Shown here: one piece after another, positions 37,401 to 48,989 of the stretch
Position numbering within the stretch: position 1 is the stretch's first letter
Layout of the letters: each line of letters opens with the position of its first letter
NCBI GenBank assembly: GCA_964016885.1
Contig: CAXHJY010000001.1
Span: 682,001-746,000 of the forward strand
Reading direction: 5' to 3'
From: Eledone cirrhosa
Taxonomy: Eukaryota
Length of the DNA stretch: 64,000 bases
Made by a program: the position numbers and the translations under genes
Notes under the pieces: generated by a model
The model's database searches: none
Told to the model about the DNA's origin: nothing
What the model saw: the letters and a program-made list of their open reading frames with translations, nothing else

Positions 37401-39947
37401 AGCGGCTCTAGGTCGTACCTAGATAGGGTCCTAGTTAGAGAGAAGGATAGGGACACATTTAGCTGTCCAAAAATGTTCATGGTTGACTATTCGGATCACA
37501 AGTTAGTGACCTGCATAGCCAACCTTGATAGAACCCATAGACAGGGACCCGGTTACTGGAAGCTGAACTTGTCCTTACCGACAAGCAAAGCTTACAGTAA
37601 ATGGATTAGCACGTTAGTTAAGCAGAGTTTGACAGGGGCAATTGTCAACAACAGGTGGTGGATCTCTCTTAAGAGAGCAATTAGAATAGAATCGATAGGT
37701 TTTAGTCAGGAATTAGCAAGGGATAGGAACAAGACGGAAAAGGAATTAGTAGATAGAGTAGATGAGGCGATTAGGAGTGGCAATGTAGCCAGCGTGCTGG
37801 CATCAAGAATGGCCTTAGACCAGTTCTTTGAGGTGAAGCATGAAGGCTGCGTTGTCAGGAGTAAAATACGTGCTCTGGGTAATGAGGGAGCCAAAGCTGT
37901 TAGCTGGGCCCGAGTGACAGAGGCAAAAAGTGGTAACAAGTCCACGATTCGGTCTTTGAAGGACCAGGATGGGCGTGTGATCCTTGAACCTGGGCAGATG
38001 TGTGCGGCCTTTCAGTGGCACTTTGCATGACTGTTCGAGAGGGGCGGCGCGCCGGGTGAGACTATGGATTTCAATCCATACCTCGACGGTCTGCCGCGCC
38101 TCTCGGATGCGGAGGCGAAGTCCTGCGAAAGGCCGATTTCAGCTGCTGAGATAGGGGCGGCGCTGAGCCAAAGCGGCAAACGCAAATCCCCGGGTGTCGA
38201 TGGTCTACCTTACGAGCTATATGTAGCGATGCCGGACTTGTTCTCTGATATCCTCGAAGCGATCTACTGCAACTGGCACATTGAATGTGCCCAGGCGCTC
38301 ACGGCCCTCTGGAAAGCGGACCCGGCAATCAGTGGAGACTCCACCTCGACATTCTATAGAGGGTTGGTACGCAGCAGGTGCGACGATGCTCTCGGAGAAG
38401 CTCTAGGCATGGAGGAAGATGAACTGGCCAGTCTGTTCGGTAGGACGTTTGGCCCTGGACCGATGGACAACATCCAAAAGTCCCTGGCTTGGCAGTGCTA
38501 CCGAGCGGCTCTACCCGTTCGAGACAAGCTCCAGGCATGGGAGCTTGGGTAGGGATCCTTTGAATAAGATCTGTCCGAGATGCGTGCATGATGACGAAAT
38601 GGTTGCGCACGCATTCGTACACTGCCCAGGCATTGCTGACCTGTGGGGCTATGTGGAACGACTACTGTCGAAGGTGGGACCAATCCGGTTGACCACCGAG
38701 TCCATTGTCACAATCAAACCGCCTCCCGTTCAAAAACGAAGGAGAGGCGGTTTTTCTCTGTGTGATAGCCATGGCTAAAGAAGTTGTATGGTGGACGAGG
38801 CTGAAAGGGCTGAGGTCAGACACCTATCTCTCCAGCCAACAACTGGTCCCCTTTTTCAAATACCATATTAAAAGAAGGATCAGAATGGAGAGAGAGGTGC
38901 TCTACCCCAGCAAGTTTTATGAAAGGTGGGTGAAAGTAGGGAGAATGGCCAGAGTGAATGGGTCTTCTCTCTATATCAGCCTGTAGGTGAAAGAAGAGGA
39001 AAAAGAGGAGACGAGGGAATCACCTACTCTTTGTGCTCCTGAGGAGAAGGGTTGCACATTTTTCCGGGGTGTATGCGACCCATGTTAATGCCCCCTCCCT
39101 ATTGAGGACTTCGTTTGTTGTTGTTATTTCATTGTTATATTTTTGTACTCGTTAATTATATGTAAACATCCCCCCTTGTATCTGTCCCTACCTTTTGTGC
39201 CCTAGTGGCAAATAAAGACACCACTCTATATATACTATTGTATGTTCACAGTAAAGGCTTTACCTCACATAATATCTCACATAACATTTACATTACTCTA
39301 TATATACTATTGTATTGTCACAGTAAAGGCTTTACCTCACATAATACCTCACATAACATTTACATTACTCTATATATACTATTGTATTGTCACAGTAAAG
39401 GCTTTACCTCACATAATATCTCACATAACATTTACATTACTCTATATATACTATTGTATTGTCACAGTAAAGGCTTTACCTCACATAATACCTCACATAA
39501 CATTTACATTACTCTATATATACTATTGTATTTACACAGTAAAGGCTTTACCTCACATAATATCTCACATAATGGTTTTTTATATAGGCACAAGGCCAGC
39601 AATTTTGGGGTAGGCGAACGTCGATTAAATCGACCCTAGTGAGTGACTGGTACATTATTTTATCAACCCCATAAGGATGAAAGGCAAAGTTAACCTCGGC
39701 GGGATTGAACTAAAATCATAAAGGGCCGTAACTCTATGCGGCAAAGCATGGCGTCCGACCCTCTACCGATACTGCCAAACCACCGCCCTCATAATTATTT
39801 CACATAATATCGAATCTATGAGATTTTGATGTTATTTATTTTGAGAACAATACCTTAATATAAGTATGAGTGTCCAGTTACAGCCAGTTTGAATAGAAAG
39901 AGTTGAGAAAATTCTGGCCGAATACAACCGGTTTAAATGCTAAAGGG
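34472..39947 (+). mobile_element. piggyBac-like MITE with internal 72-bp array, interrupted by a Tx1 LINE and a SINE
   Basis: TTAA|CTCTTTAGCATTTA at the left and TAAATGCTAAAGGG|TTAA at the right; about five repeat units on each side of the LINE. Confidence 0.85.
34843..39222 (+). mobile_element. Tx1/L1-clade non-LTR retrotransposon with both ends present and RT core deleted
   Basis: ORF1 remnants with a CCHC knuckle (CYYCSSRGHLRAAC); ORF2 from 36822 (CLNVRGL, VGDWN, SYLDRVL, SDHKLV, GPGYWKLN, KSPGVDGLPYE) jumps to a C-terminal CPRC..HAFVHC finger; ends AATAAAGA. Confidence 0.88.
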
Positions 39948-40194
39948 TTAATTCTAAATTTGGCACAATTTTTTATGATGAATTTTTTACGAGTAAGAGG
40001 CCTCATAACATAACTAGCACAGGGCTTCATGTGCCCTAAATCTTGCACTCGTCCAAGCCCATGTTTGCCAATCAGTTTTTGACTAAACTTTACCCAAATC
40101 TCCCTCCTCCTCACCACCATCCCCACTACCAACACCACCAAATACCATTGCTAATTGTTTTTTGTTTTAACTTTCTTACCATGTTTTTCTGCAG

Positions 40195-40383
40195 CACAAA
40201 ATAAATTCTCAATAATAGTGTTGGTATCAAAAGACAAAAAACACAGAATATGTGAGAAGATTTCCAATCTAGAGAAGACAAAAGTTATTGATGTGCAATG
40301 TTCTAGTCCTGTTAAGGGCAACAAAATCACAATAATTCTGCTGTCAGGACCTAGCCTTAGCATGTGTGAAGTGGAGGTCTTTC
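40195..40383 (+). CDS. Exon (189 bp): C-half of F-type lectin-like domain; non-canonical donor
   Basis: TGCAG acceptor; ...VQCSSPVKGNKITI...LSMCEVEVF; followed by ATAAGT instead of GTAAGT. Confidence 0.8.
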
Positions 40384-40479
40384 ATAAGTATATAGATACC
40401 TTTATACCTTTAACATAAATCAGGATAGAACCAGTTTAAAACTAGTTAGACCATTACTGAACAGAGTATTCGATACATG

Positions 40480-40760
40480 GGTTAGTAAGGGTAAAAGGTA
40501 AAGAGATCCTTCGGTCACGAATGACCATAGAATTTGAGTCTAGAAAGTTCCCCTCCAAGGCACAAGTCTGGGCAAGGTTGTTTTGTAGAAGACCAGCAGT
40601 AGCCCATGCATAACAGCCTCCCCTCTCTATGCCACTGATATTGTCCAAGGGAAAGGCAATGGCCGATACAGCTTGGCACCAGTGACATCGCAACCCATTT
40701 CCACAGCTGAGTGATCTGGAACAACGTGAAATAAAGTGTCTTGCTCAAGAACACAACACA
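40480..40760 (-). mobile_element. SINE
   Basis: Same family as 14208-14565 and 16943-17148. Confidence 0.7.
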
Positions 40761-41908
40761 AAGCCCGCGGTAGTAGAGCATGGCTATTTTATAAAGAGCA
40801 AGAGCTCAGCCAGCAGGTCCTTTCTCTTTATAATATACCTTTAACATATATACATATATATTAGGGTGTTTCATATTTATAGGGAAACAGGTTTTAGTTG
40901 AAATCATCTCATGTCGATTATGCTCTGAATTCATTTGACATAAAAACTACAAAAACACAAACACGAGGAGATACAAAAATATTTAGGAGTTGCACAGTTT
41001 GGTGCATTGCCTAGTGGTAAGGGTGTTGGACTTAGAATCATAATGTCATGGGTTCGATTCCTGAGCTGGGTTACATGTTGTGTTCTTGAGCAAAACACTT
41101 CACTTCACATTGCTCCAGTATACTCAGCTGAAAATGAGTACCAGTAATAGCTGGAGGTTTAACCCTGTGATGGACTGGTGTCCTGTCCAGCGAGGTTGTT
41201 GTTGTTACAGCTCACACATATGCAGGTTTAACTGGCCTCCTCCAAGGTATATCTCGTTGGAGGTGTCTAGGGTAATTTAATGATACGGACCCCAGTCCTA
41301 TCATTTCATTTCTACAGCTGAGTAAACTGGAGCAATGTGAAATAAAGTGTCTTGCTCAAGGAAACAACACATCACCTGGTCCGAGAATTGAACTCACAAC
41401 CTTTCGATTGCAAACCCAATGCTCTAACCACTAAGACATGTGCCTTCACAGCAAGGTGTCTTGTACTTCAAGTTGCTTCATGCCATGAAACCGAGATAAG
41501 CATTGGCCTAACAAGCCTTCTGGTTTAAGACAGACGTTTTTAGACAGTGTGATGCTTTTCCAATGCCATGCCAAAAAAAAAAAAATGAATAAGATTTTAC
41601 TTGTTGATTATAACCAGTTTGAATTTTTGTGCATTTTCATCCATTTTCATCTATGTTCTTGCAGGAGACAATTCTAAATGAAAAAGAAATGAACCGTAAA
41701 CTTAAAGTGGAATAAGGGCAGTTTCAGGTGGTTTGGAATGTAACTTAACAAAGGTTCTTACATGAAATTAGATGGAAGATTTTTAGATAATATAAAGGCT
41801 TTGGAATAAACAATTTTGTAGCATAGAACCTGGGGCAGTTCAGGTGGTTTGGAATATAACTTAACAAAGGTTCTTAGATGAAATTATAATGGAATGTAAA
41901 CAGTTTAA

Positions 41909-44900
41909 CCCTTTAGCATTTAAACTGGCCATATCCGGCCAGAATTCTCTAACCTCTGTTCAAATCAGCTGCAACTGGCCACTCATACTGATGTTAAGTT
42001 TTTCTTCTCAAAATAAATAATATTAAAATCTTGTAGATTCAATATTATGTGAGATAATTATGTGAGGTAAAGCCTTTACCATGAAAATACAATAGTAAAT
42101 ACAGAGTAATGTAAATGTTATGTGAGATAATTATGTGAGGTAAAGCCTTTACCATGAAAATGCAATAGTAAATACAGAGTAAGGTAAATGTTATGTGAGA
42201 TAATTATGTGAGGTAAAGCCTTTACCATGAAAATACAATAGTAAATAGAGAGTAATGTAAATGTTATGTGAGGTATTATGTGAGGTAAAGCCTTTACCAT
42301 GAAAATACAATAGTAAATACAGAGTAATGTAAATGTTATGTGAGATATTATGTGAGGTAAAGCCTTTACCATGAAAATACAATAGTAAATACAGGGTAAT
42401 GTAAATGTTATGTGAGATAATTATGTGAGGTAAAGCCTTTACCATGAAAATACAATAGTAAATACAGAGTAATGTAAATGTTATGAGATATTATGTGAGG
42501 TAAAGCCTTTACCATGAAAATACAATAGTAAATACAGGGTAATGTAAATGTTATGTGAGATAATTATGTGAGGTAAAGCCTTTACCATGAAAATACAATA
42601 GTAAATACAGGGTAATGTAAATGTTATGTGAGATAATTATGTGAGGTAAAGCCTTTACCATGAAAATACAATAGTAAATACAGAGTAATGTAAATGTTAT
42701 GAGATAATTATGTGAGGTAAAGCCTTTAACATGAAAATACAATAGTAAATACAGAGTAATGTAAATGTTATGTGAGATAAAGCCTTTACCATGAAAATAC
42801 AATAGTAAATACAGAGTAATGTAAATGTTATGTGAGATAATTATGTGAGGTAAAGCCTTTACCATGAAAATACAATAGTAAATACAGGCTAATGTAAATA
42901 TTATGTGAGATATTATGTGAGGTAAAGCCTTTACCATGAAAATACAATAGTAAATACAGGGTAATGTAAATGTTATGTGAGATATTATGTGAGGTAAAGC
43001 CTTTACCATGAAAATACAATAGTAAATACAGAGTAATGTAAATGTTATGTGAGATAATTATGTGAGGTAAAGCCTTTACCATGAAAATACAATAGTAAAT
43101 ACAGGGTAATGTAAATGTTATGTGAGATAATTATGTGAGGTAAAGCCTTTACCATGAAAATACAATAGTAAATACAGAGTAATGTAAATGTTATGTGAGA
43201 TATTATGTGAGGTAAAGCCTTTACCATGAAAATACAATAGTAAATACAGGGTAATGTAAATATTATGTGAGGTAAAGCCTTTACCATGAAAATACAATAG
43301 TAAATACAGGGTAATGTAAATGTTATGTGAGGTAAAGCCTTTACCATGAAAATACAATAGTAAATACAGAGTAATGTAAATGTTATGTGAGATATTATGT
43401 GAGGTAAAGCCTTTACCATGAAAATACAATAGTAAATACAGGGTAATGTAAATGTTATGTGAGATAATTATGTGAGGTAAAGCCTTTACCATGAAAATAC
43501 AATAGTAAATACAGGGTAATGTAAATGTTATGTGAGATATTATGTGAGGTAAAGCCTTTACCATGAAAATACAATAGTAAATACAGAGTAATGTAAATGT
43601 TATGTGAGATAATTATGTGAGGTAAAGCCTTTACCATGAAAATACAATAGTAAATACAGGGTAATGTAAATGTTATGTGAGATAATTATGTGAGGTAAAG
43701 CCTTTACCATGAAAATACAATAGTAAATACAGAGTAATGTAAATGTTATGTGAGATAATTATGTGAGGTAAAGCCTTTACCATGAAAATACAATAGTAAA
43801 TACAGAGTAATGTAAATGTTATGTGAGATAATTATGTGAGGTAAAGCCTTTACCATGAAAATACAATAGTAAATACAGAGTAATGTAAATGTTATGAGAT
43901 AATTATGTGAGGTAAAGCCTTTACCATGAAAATACAATAGTAAATACAGAGTAATGTAAATGTTATGTGAGATAATTATGTGAGGTAAAGCCTTTACCAT
44001 GAAAATACAATAGTAAATACAGGGTAATGTAAATGTTATGAGATAATTATGTGAGGTAAAGCCTTTACCATGAAAATACAATAGTAAATACAGAGTAATG
44101 TAAATGCTATGTGAGATAATTATGTGAGGTAAAGCCTTTACCATGAAAATACAATAGTAAATACAGAGTAATGTAAATGTTATGAGATAACTATGTGAGG
44201 TAAAGCCTTTACCATGAAAATAAAATAGTAAATACAGAGTAATGTAAATGTTATGTGAGATAATTACCATGAAAATACAATAGTAAATACAGGGTAATGT
44301 AAATGTTATGAGATAATTATGTGAGGTAAAGCCTTTACCATGAAAATACAATAGTAAATACAGGGTAATGTAAATGTTATGTGAGATAATTATGTGAGGT
44401 AAAGCCTTTACCATGAAAATACAATAGTAAATACAGAGTAATGTAAATGTTATGAGATAATTATGTGAGGTAAAGCCTTTACCATGAAAATACAATAGTA
44501 AATACAGGGTAATGTAAATGTTATGTGAGATAATTATGTGAGGTAAAGCCTTTACCATGAAAATACAATAGTAAATACAGAGTAATGTAAATGTTATGTG
44601 AGATAAAGCCTTTACCATGAAAATACAATAGTAAATACAGGGTAATGTAAATGTTATGTGAGATAATTATGTGAGGTAAAGCCTTTACCATGAAAATACA
44701 ATAGTAAATACAGAGTAATGTAAATGTTATGAGATAATTATGTGAGGTAAAGCCTTTACCATGAAAATACAATAGTAAATACAGGGTAATGTAAATGTTA
44801 TGTGAGATAATTATGTGAGGTAAAGCCTTTACCATGAAAATACAATAGTAAATACAGGGTAATGTAAATGTTATGTGAGATAATTATGTGAGGTAAAGCC

Positions 44901-46021
44901 TTTACCATGAAAATACAATAGTAAATACAGAGTAATGTAAATGTTATGTGAGATAATTATGTGAGGTAAAGCCTTTACCATGAAAATACAATAGTAAATA
45001 CAGGGTAATGTAAATGTTATGAGATAATTATGTGAGGTAAAGCCTTTACCATGAAAATACAATAGTAAATACAGGGTAATGTAAATGTTATGTGAGATAA
45101 TTATGTGAGGTAAAGCCTTTACCATGAAAATACAATAGTAAATACAGAGTAATGTAAATGTTATGAGATAATTATGTGAGGTAAAGCCTTTACCATGAAA
45201 ATACAATAGTAAATACAGGGTAATGTAAATGTTATGTGAGATAATTATGTGAGGTAAAGCCTTTACCATGAAAATACAATAGTAAATACAGAGTAATGTA
45301 AATGTTATGAGATAATTATGTGAGGTAAAGCCTTTACCATGAAAATACAATAGTAAATACAGGGTAATGTAAATGTTATGTGAGATAATTATGTGAGGTA
45401 AAGCCTTTACCATGAAAATACAATAGTAAATACAGGGTAATGTAAATGTTATGTGAGATAATTATGTGAGGTAAAGCCTTTACCATGAAAATACAATAGT
45501 AAATACAGAGTAATGTAAATGTTATGAGATAATTATGTGAGGTAAAGCCTTTACCATGAAAATACAATAGTAAATACAGAGTAATGTAAATGTTATGTGA
45601 GGTAAAGCCTTTACCATGAAAATACAATAGTAAATACAGGGTAATGTAAATGTTATGAGATAATTATGTGAGGTAAAGCCTTTACCATGAAAATACAATA
45701 GTAAATACAGGGTAATGTAAATGTTATGTGAGATAATTATGTGAGGTAAAGCCTTTACCATGAAAATACAATAGTAAATACAGAGTAATGTAAATGTTAT
45801 GAGATAATTATGTGAGGTAAAGCCTTTACCATGAAAATACAATAGTAAATACAGGGTAATGTAAATGTTATGTGAGATAATTATGTGAGGTAAAGCCTTT
45901 ACCATTAAAATACAATAGTAAATGCAGAGTAATGTAAATGCTACGTGAGATAATTATGTGAGGTAAAGCCTTTACCATGAAAATACAATAGTAAATACAG
46001 GGTAATGTAAATGCTAAAGGG
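41909..46021 (-). mobile_element. piggyBac-like MITE expanded by a ~4-kb internal satellite (~55 units of 60-73 bp)
   Basis: TTAA|CCCTTTAGCATTTA ... TAAATGCTAAAGGG|TTAA enclosing an array at ~42045-46010. Confidence 0.92.
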
Positions 46022-46476
46022 TTAAAATAAACAGCATTGTCAAAGTGCAGATTGAAATAATTGTTTCTACTGTTGGCACAAGGCCAGCAATTTGAAGGGA
46101 AGGGGGAAAGTCGATTTAAATGACCCCAGTGTGTGACTGGTACTTTTTTTTATCGACCCCGTAAGGATGAAAGGCCAAGCTAACTTTGGCGGGTTTTGAA
46201 CTCAGAATGGAAAGGGTCGTAACTCAATACCGCAAAGCATGGTGTTCGACACTCTAACGATACTGCCAATCCACCGCCCTTGATTAAAATAATGGTTCCT
46301 TATATAGGCACAAGACCCCGTAAGGATGAAAAGCAAAGTTACCCTCTGCGGGATTGGAACTCAGATCATAAAGGGCCATAACTTTATGCCGCAAAGCATG
46401 GTGTTCGATGCTCCACCGATTCTGCCAATCCACTGCCCTAGATTGAAATAATGACTAAGATTGTTTGTCTTTCTAG

Positions 46477-46611
46477 AATGTCTCCCTGGATTCTATGGAA
46501 GAAATTGTAAAGAAGAGTGCAACAACTGCAGAAAGACATGTGATCAATTGACTGGCAAATGTGTGACTGGATGTAAAGATGGATATATTGATGTGAATAA
46601 CACTTGTAAAG
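46477..46611 (+). CDS. EGF-like exon (135 bp, phase 1-1)
   Basis: TAG|..CLPGFYGRNCKEECNNCRKTCDQLTGKCVTGCKDGYIDVNNTCK|GTGAGT. Confidence 0.9.
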
Positions 46612-47410
46612 GTGAGTGGTGGTGGGGGTGGAGTGTAGGTGGTTGTCATGGTTATAGTGGGAGTGGAGTGTTGGTGGCTGTCGTGGTTATAGTGGGAGTG
46701 GAGTGTAGGTGGTGGTGGAGTGGAGGTGGCTGTCATGGTTATAGTGGGAGTGGAGTGTAGGTGGTGCTTTTTCTGTTCAAACCAGCCGTAACTGGCTGCT
46801 CATACTTTTGTTAAGGTATTGTTCTCAAAATAAATAATATCAAAATCTTGTGGATTTGATATTATGTGAGATTATTATGTGAGGTAAAGACTTTACAGAG
46901 AAAATACATTACAGAGTAATGTAAATGCTAAAGAGTTAATACTTGTATGCATAAAATATCTAAAACTTTCCTTAGATTAGATAGTTAACACGTTCCATGC
47001 TAACTTCCACCTAGAGCTGAACATAATGACTAAATCTATACATTTAATGCATCCTTACATAGTTACACAAGAATCACCTTCTCTAATAATACACAGCCTG
47101 GATATATAGCTATGTAGTTCAAACAAATAAACAAAGTTCAAATAAACAAAAAAATAAGTAGATTATTCGAACAAATTCTTTAACATATATGAACGGGGGG
47201 TGGGGTGATGACTTACCCCTCTGGTAATTTGATACCTTAACCTACTTAGCATCCCTAGTATGTCAGCAACAATAGCACCTCCTGCTTCATATCTGCCTAC
47301 TAGAATAGCCATCCAAACCATATAACAACTGGACAGGAATGCAAACACAACTCTAACCCCCACTCCTTGGTAGCATATCAAAAACAAAATAAAAGAACAC
47401 AAATTTCAAC

Positions 47411-47476
47411 TTGTCTGAAGAGAACATGTCAGAAAGTTATGCAACCACTCTGACATCTTCGAAATTCGTATAACAG
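47411..47476 (+). ncRNA. Type I hammerhead ribozyme motif (minimal stem III)
   Basis: TTGT-CTGAAGA-GAACATGTCAGA/TCTGACATCTTC-GAAA-TTCGTA-TA-ACAG. Confidence 0.72.
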
Positions 47477-47689
47477 AATTATGTAATAAACAGAAGATGT
47501 ACACTGTAAATGTGGTTGGTGTTAGGAAGGGCCTCCAGGGGTAAAAAACCTACCAAAGACAGTTCTGTACAAGCAAGACACAGTCTCCAGACCAATCTCA
47601 CCTCAAGTGGAACAAAACCATCTAATCCAGACTAGTGTGGAAGATGGATGTTAAACAATGATGATGATGATGATGATAACCATGATGAT

Positions 47690-48048
47690 GATCATCATCA
47701 TCATTTTACGTCCGCTTTTCCCTGCTTGCAAGGGTGGGATGGGTCCTATACAGCACAACATCTCTCCATTCATCACAGTCTTTCGTCATCTCCTCCATGA
47801 GCTTCAGCAATCTGAGGTCAGATCTCACCACCTTCGTCCATGATTTTCGTGGTCTTCCTCTACTGCATCTTCTTTCTACTGGGATTTCTTGGCACTTCTT
47901 TACCCAGCAGTCATCCTCCATGCACATCATATGTCTATACCAACGCAGTCTTCTCTCCCACACACTACAGCTTATCCCTATTATACACAATTTCTTTCTC
48001 AACTCGTCTATGCTTGCTCATTCATGCACATTGACATTGCGCATCCAA
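47690..48048 (-). mobile_element. RTE 3' fragment
   Basis: ORF 47706-48002 (RRLRWYRHM, GRPRKSW). Confidence 0.8.
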
Positions 48049-48222
48049 TGATGATGATGATATATAGTATTGAGGCATTATTTTGCTGCTGGATGCCCTT
48101 CTTGATGCCAAACTATTTTAGGCTCTTTCTACAACATGCAGGGTTATAGAGTTACTATTGTAAATGGGATACACTCAAAGGATGAAAGATAACAACTCTG
48201 AAATTTGAATTAATTAAACTCA

Positions 48223-48794
48223 CCGTATTTCCCGGCGTCAAAGACGCTACTTTTACTAAAATAAGTCTCAAAAATCTACCATGCATCCTGGAGGCCGAAA
48301 GTTGTTTATTATTTTTCTTCAAAGGGCAGTGAATTGGCAGTATCGGTAGAGGGTCGGACGCCATGCTTTGACGCATAGAGTTACAGCACTTGCCATTCTG
48401 AGTTCAAATCCCGCCAAGGTTAACATTGCCTTTCATCCTTACGGAGTCGATAAAATAAAGTACCAGTAATGTACTGGGTGATTGCTGGCCTTGTGCCAAT
48501 AGTAGAAACAATTATTTTTCTTCAAATTCAAAGAGCAGTGGATTGGCAGTATCGGTCTGACGCCATGCTTTGCAGCAAAGAGTTACGTCCCTTTATGGTC
48601 TGAGTTCAAATCCCGCCGAGGTTAACTTTGCCATTCATCCTTACGGGGTCGATAAAATAAAGTACCAGTAATACACTGGGATAATTACTGGCCTTGTGCC
48701 AAAAGTAGAAACAATTATTTTTTTTCAAATTTTTGGTTGTCAGAATTAGGGTGTGTCCTCGAGGACGAAGTGTCTTCGGCGTCAGGAAATACAG
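48223..48794. mobile_element. Tigger/pogo-like MITE with two nested SINEs
   Basis: Imperfect TIRs CCGTATTTCCCGGCGTCAAAGACGC / GTGTCTTCGGCGTCAGGAAATACAG; related piece at ~6945-7045. Confidence 0.6.
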
Positions 48795-48822
48795 TAATTA
48801 CATATTGAAGTTGTTTTCTCAG

Positions 48823-48960
48823 GATGTGCCCATGGCATGTTTGGTGTCAACTGTGTGAAGGAGTGCCACTGTCTGAATAATGGCAAATGTTACTCTGACA
48901 ATGGTATCTGCATCCATGGAAGGTGCTCACCTGGTCACAGGGGACACAGCTGCCAGTCAA
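48823..48960 (+). CDS. EGF-like exon (138 bp, phase 1-1)
   Basis: CAG|..CAHGMFGVNCVKECHCLNNGKCYSDNGICIHGRCSPGHRGHSCQS|GTAAGT. Confidence 0.9.
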
Positions 48961-48989
48961 GTAAGTTTTTATCTGTTTACCCTTTAGAG

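Noticed and set aside
42045-46010. CRISPR-like array or repeat-protein ORFs (MVKALPHII...)
   Set aside because: Contiguous tandem units with no unique spacers and no cas genes; the ORFs are by-products of the repeat.
40384-46476. U12-type AT-AC intron
   Set aside because: The donor lacks ATATCCTT and the acceptor is AG.
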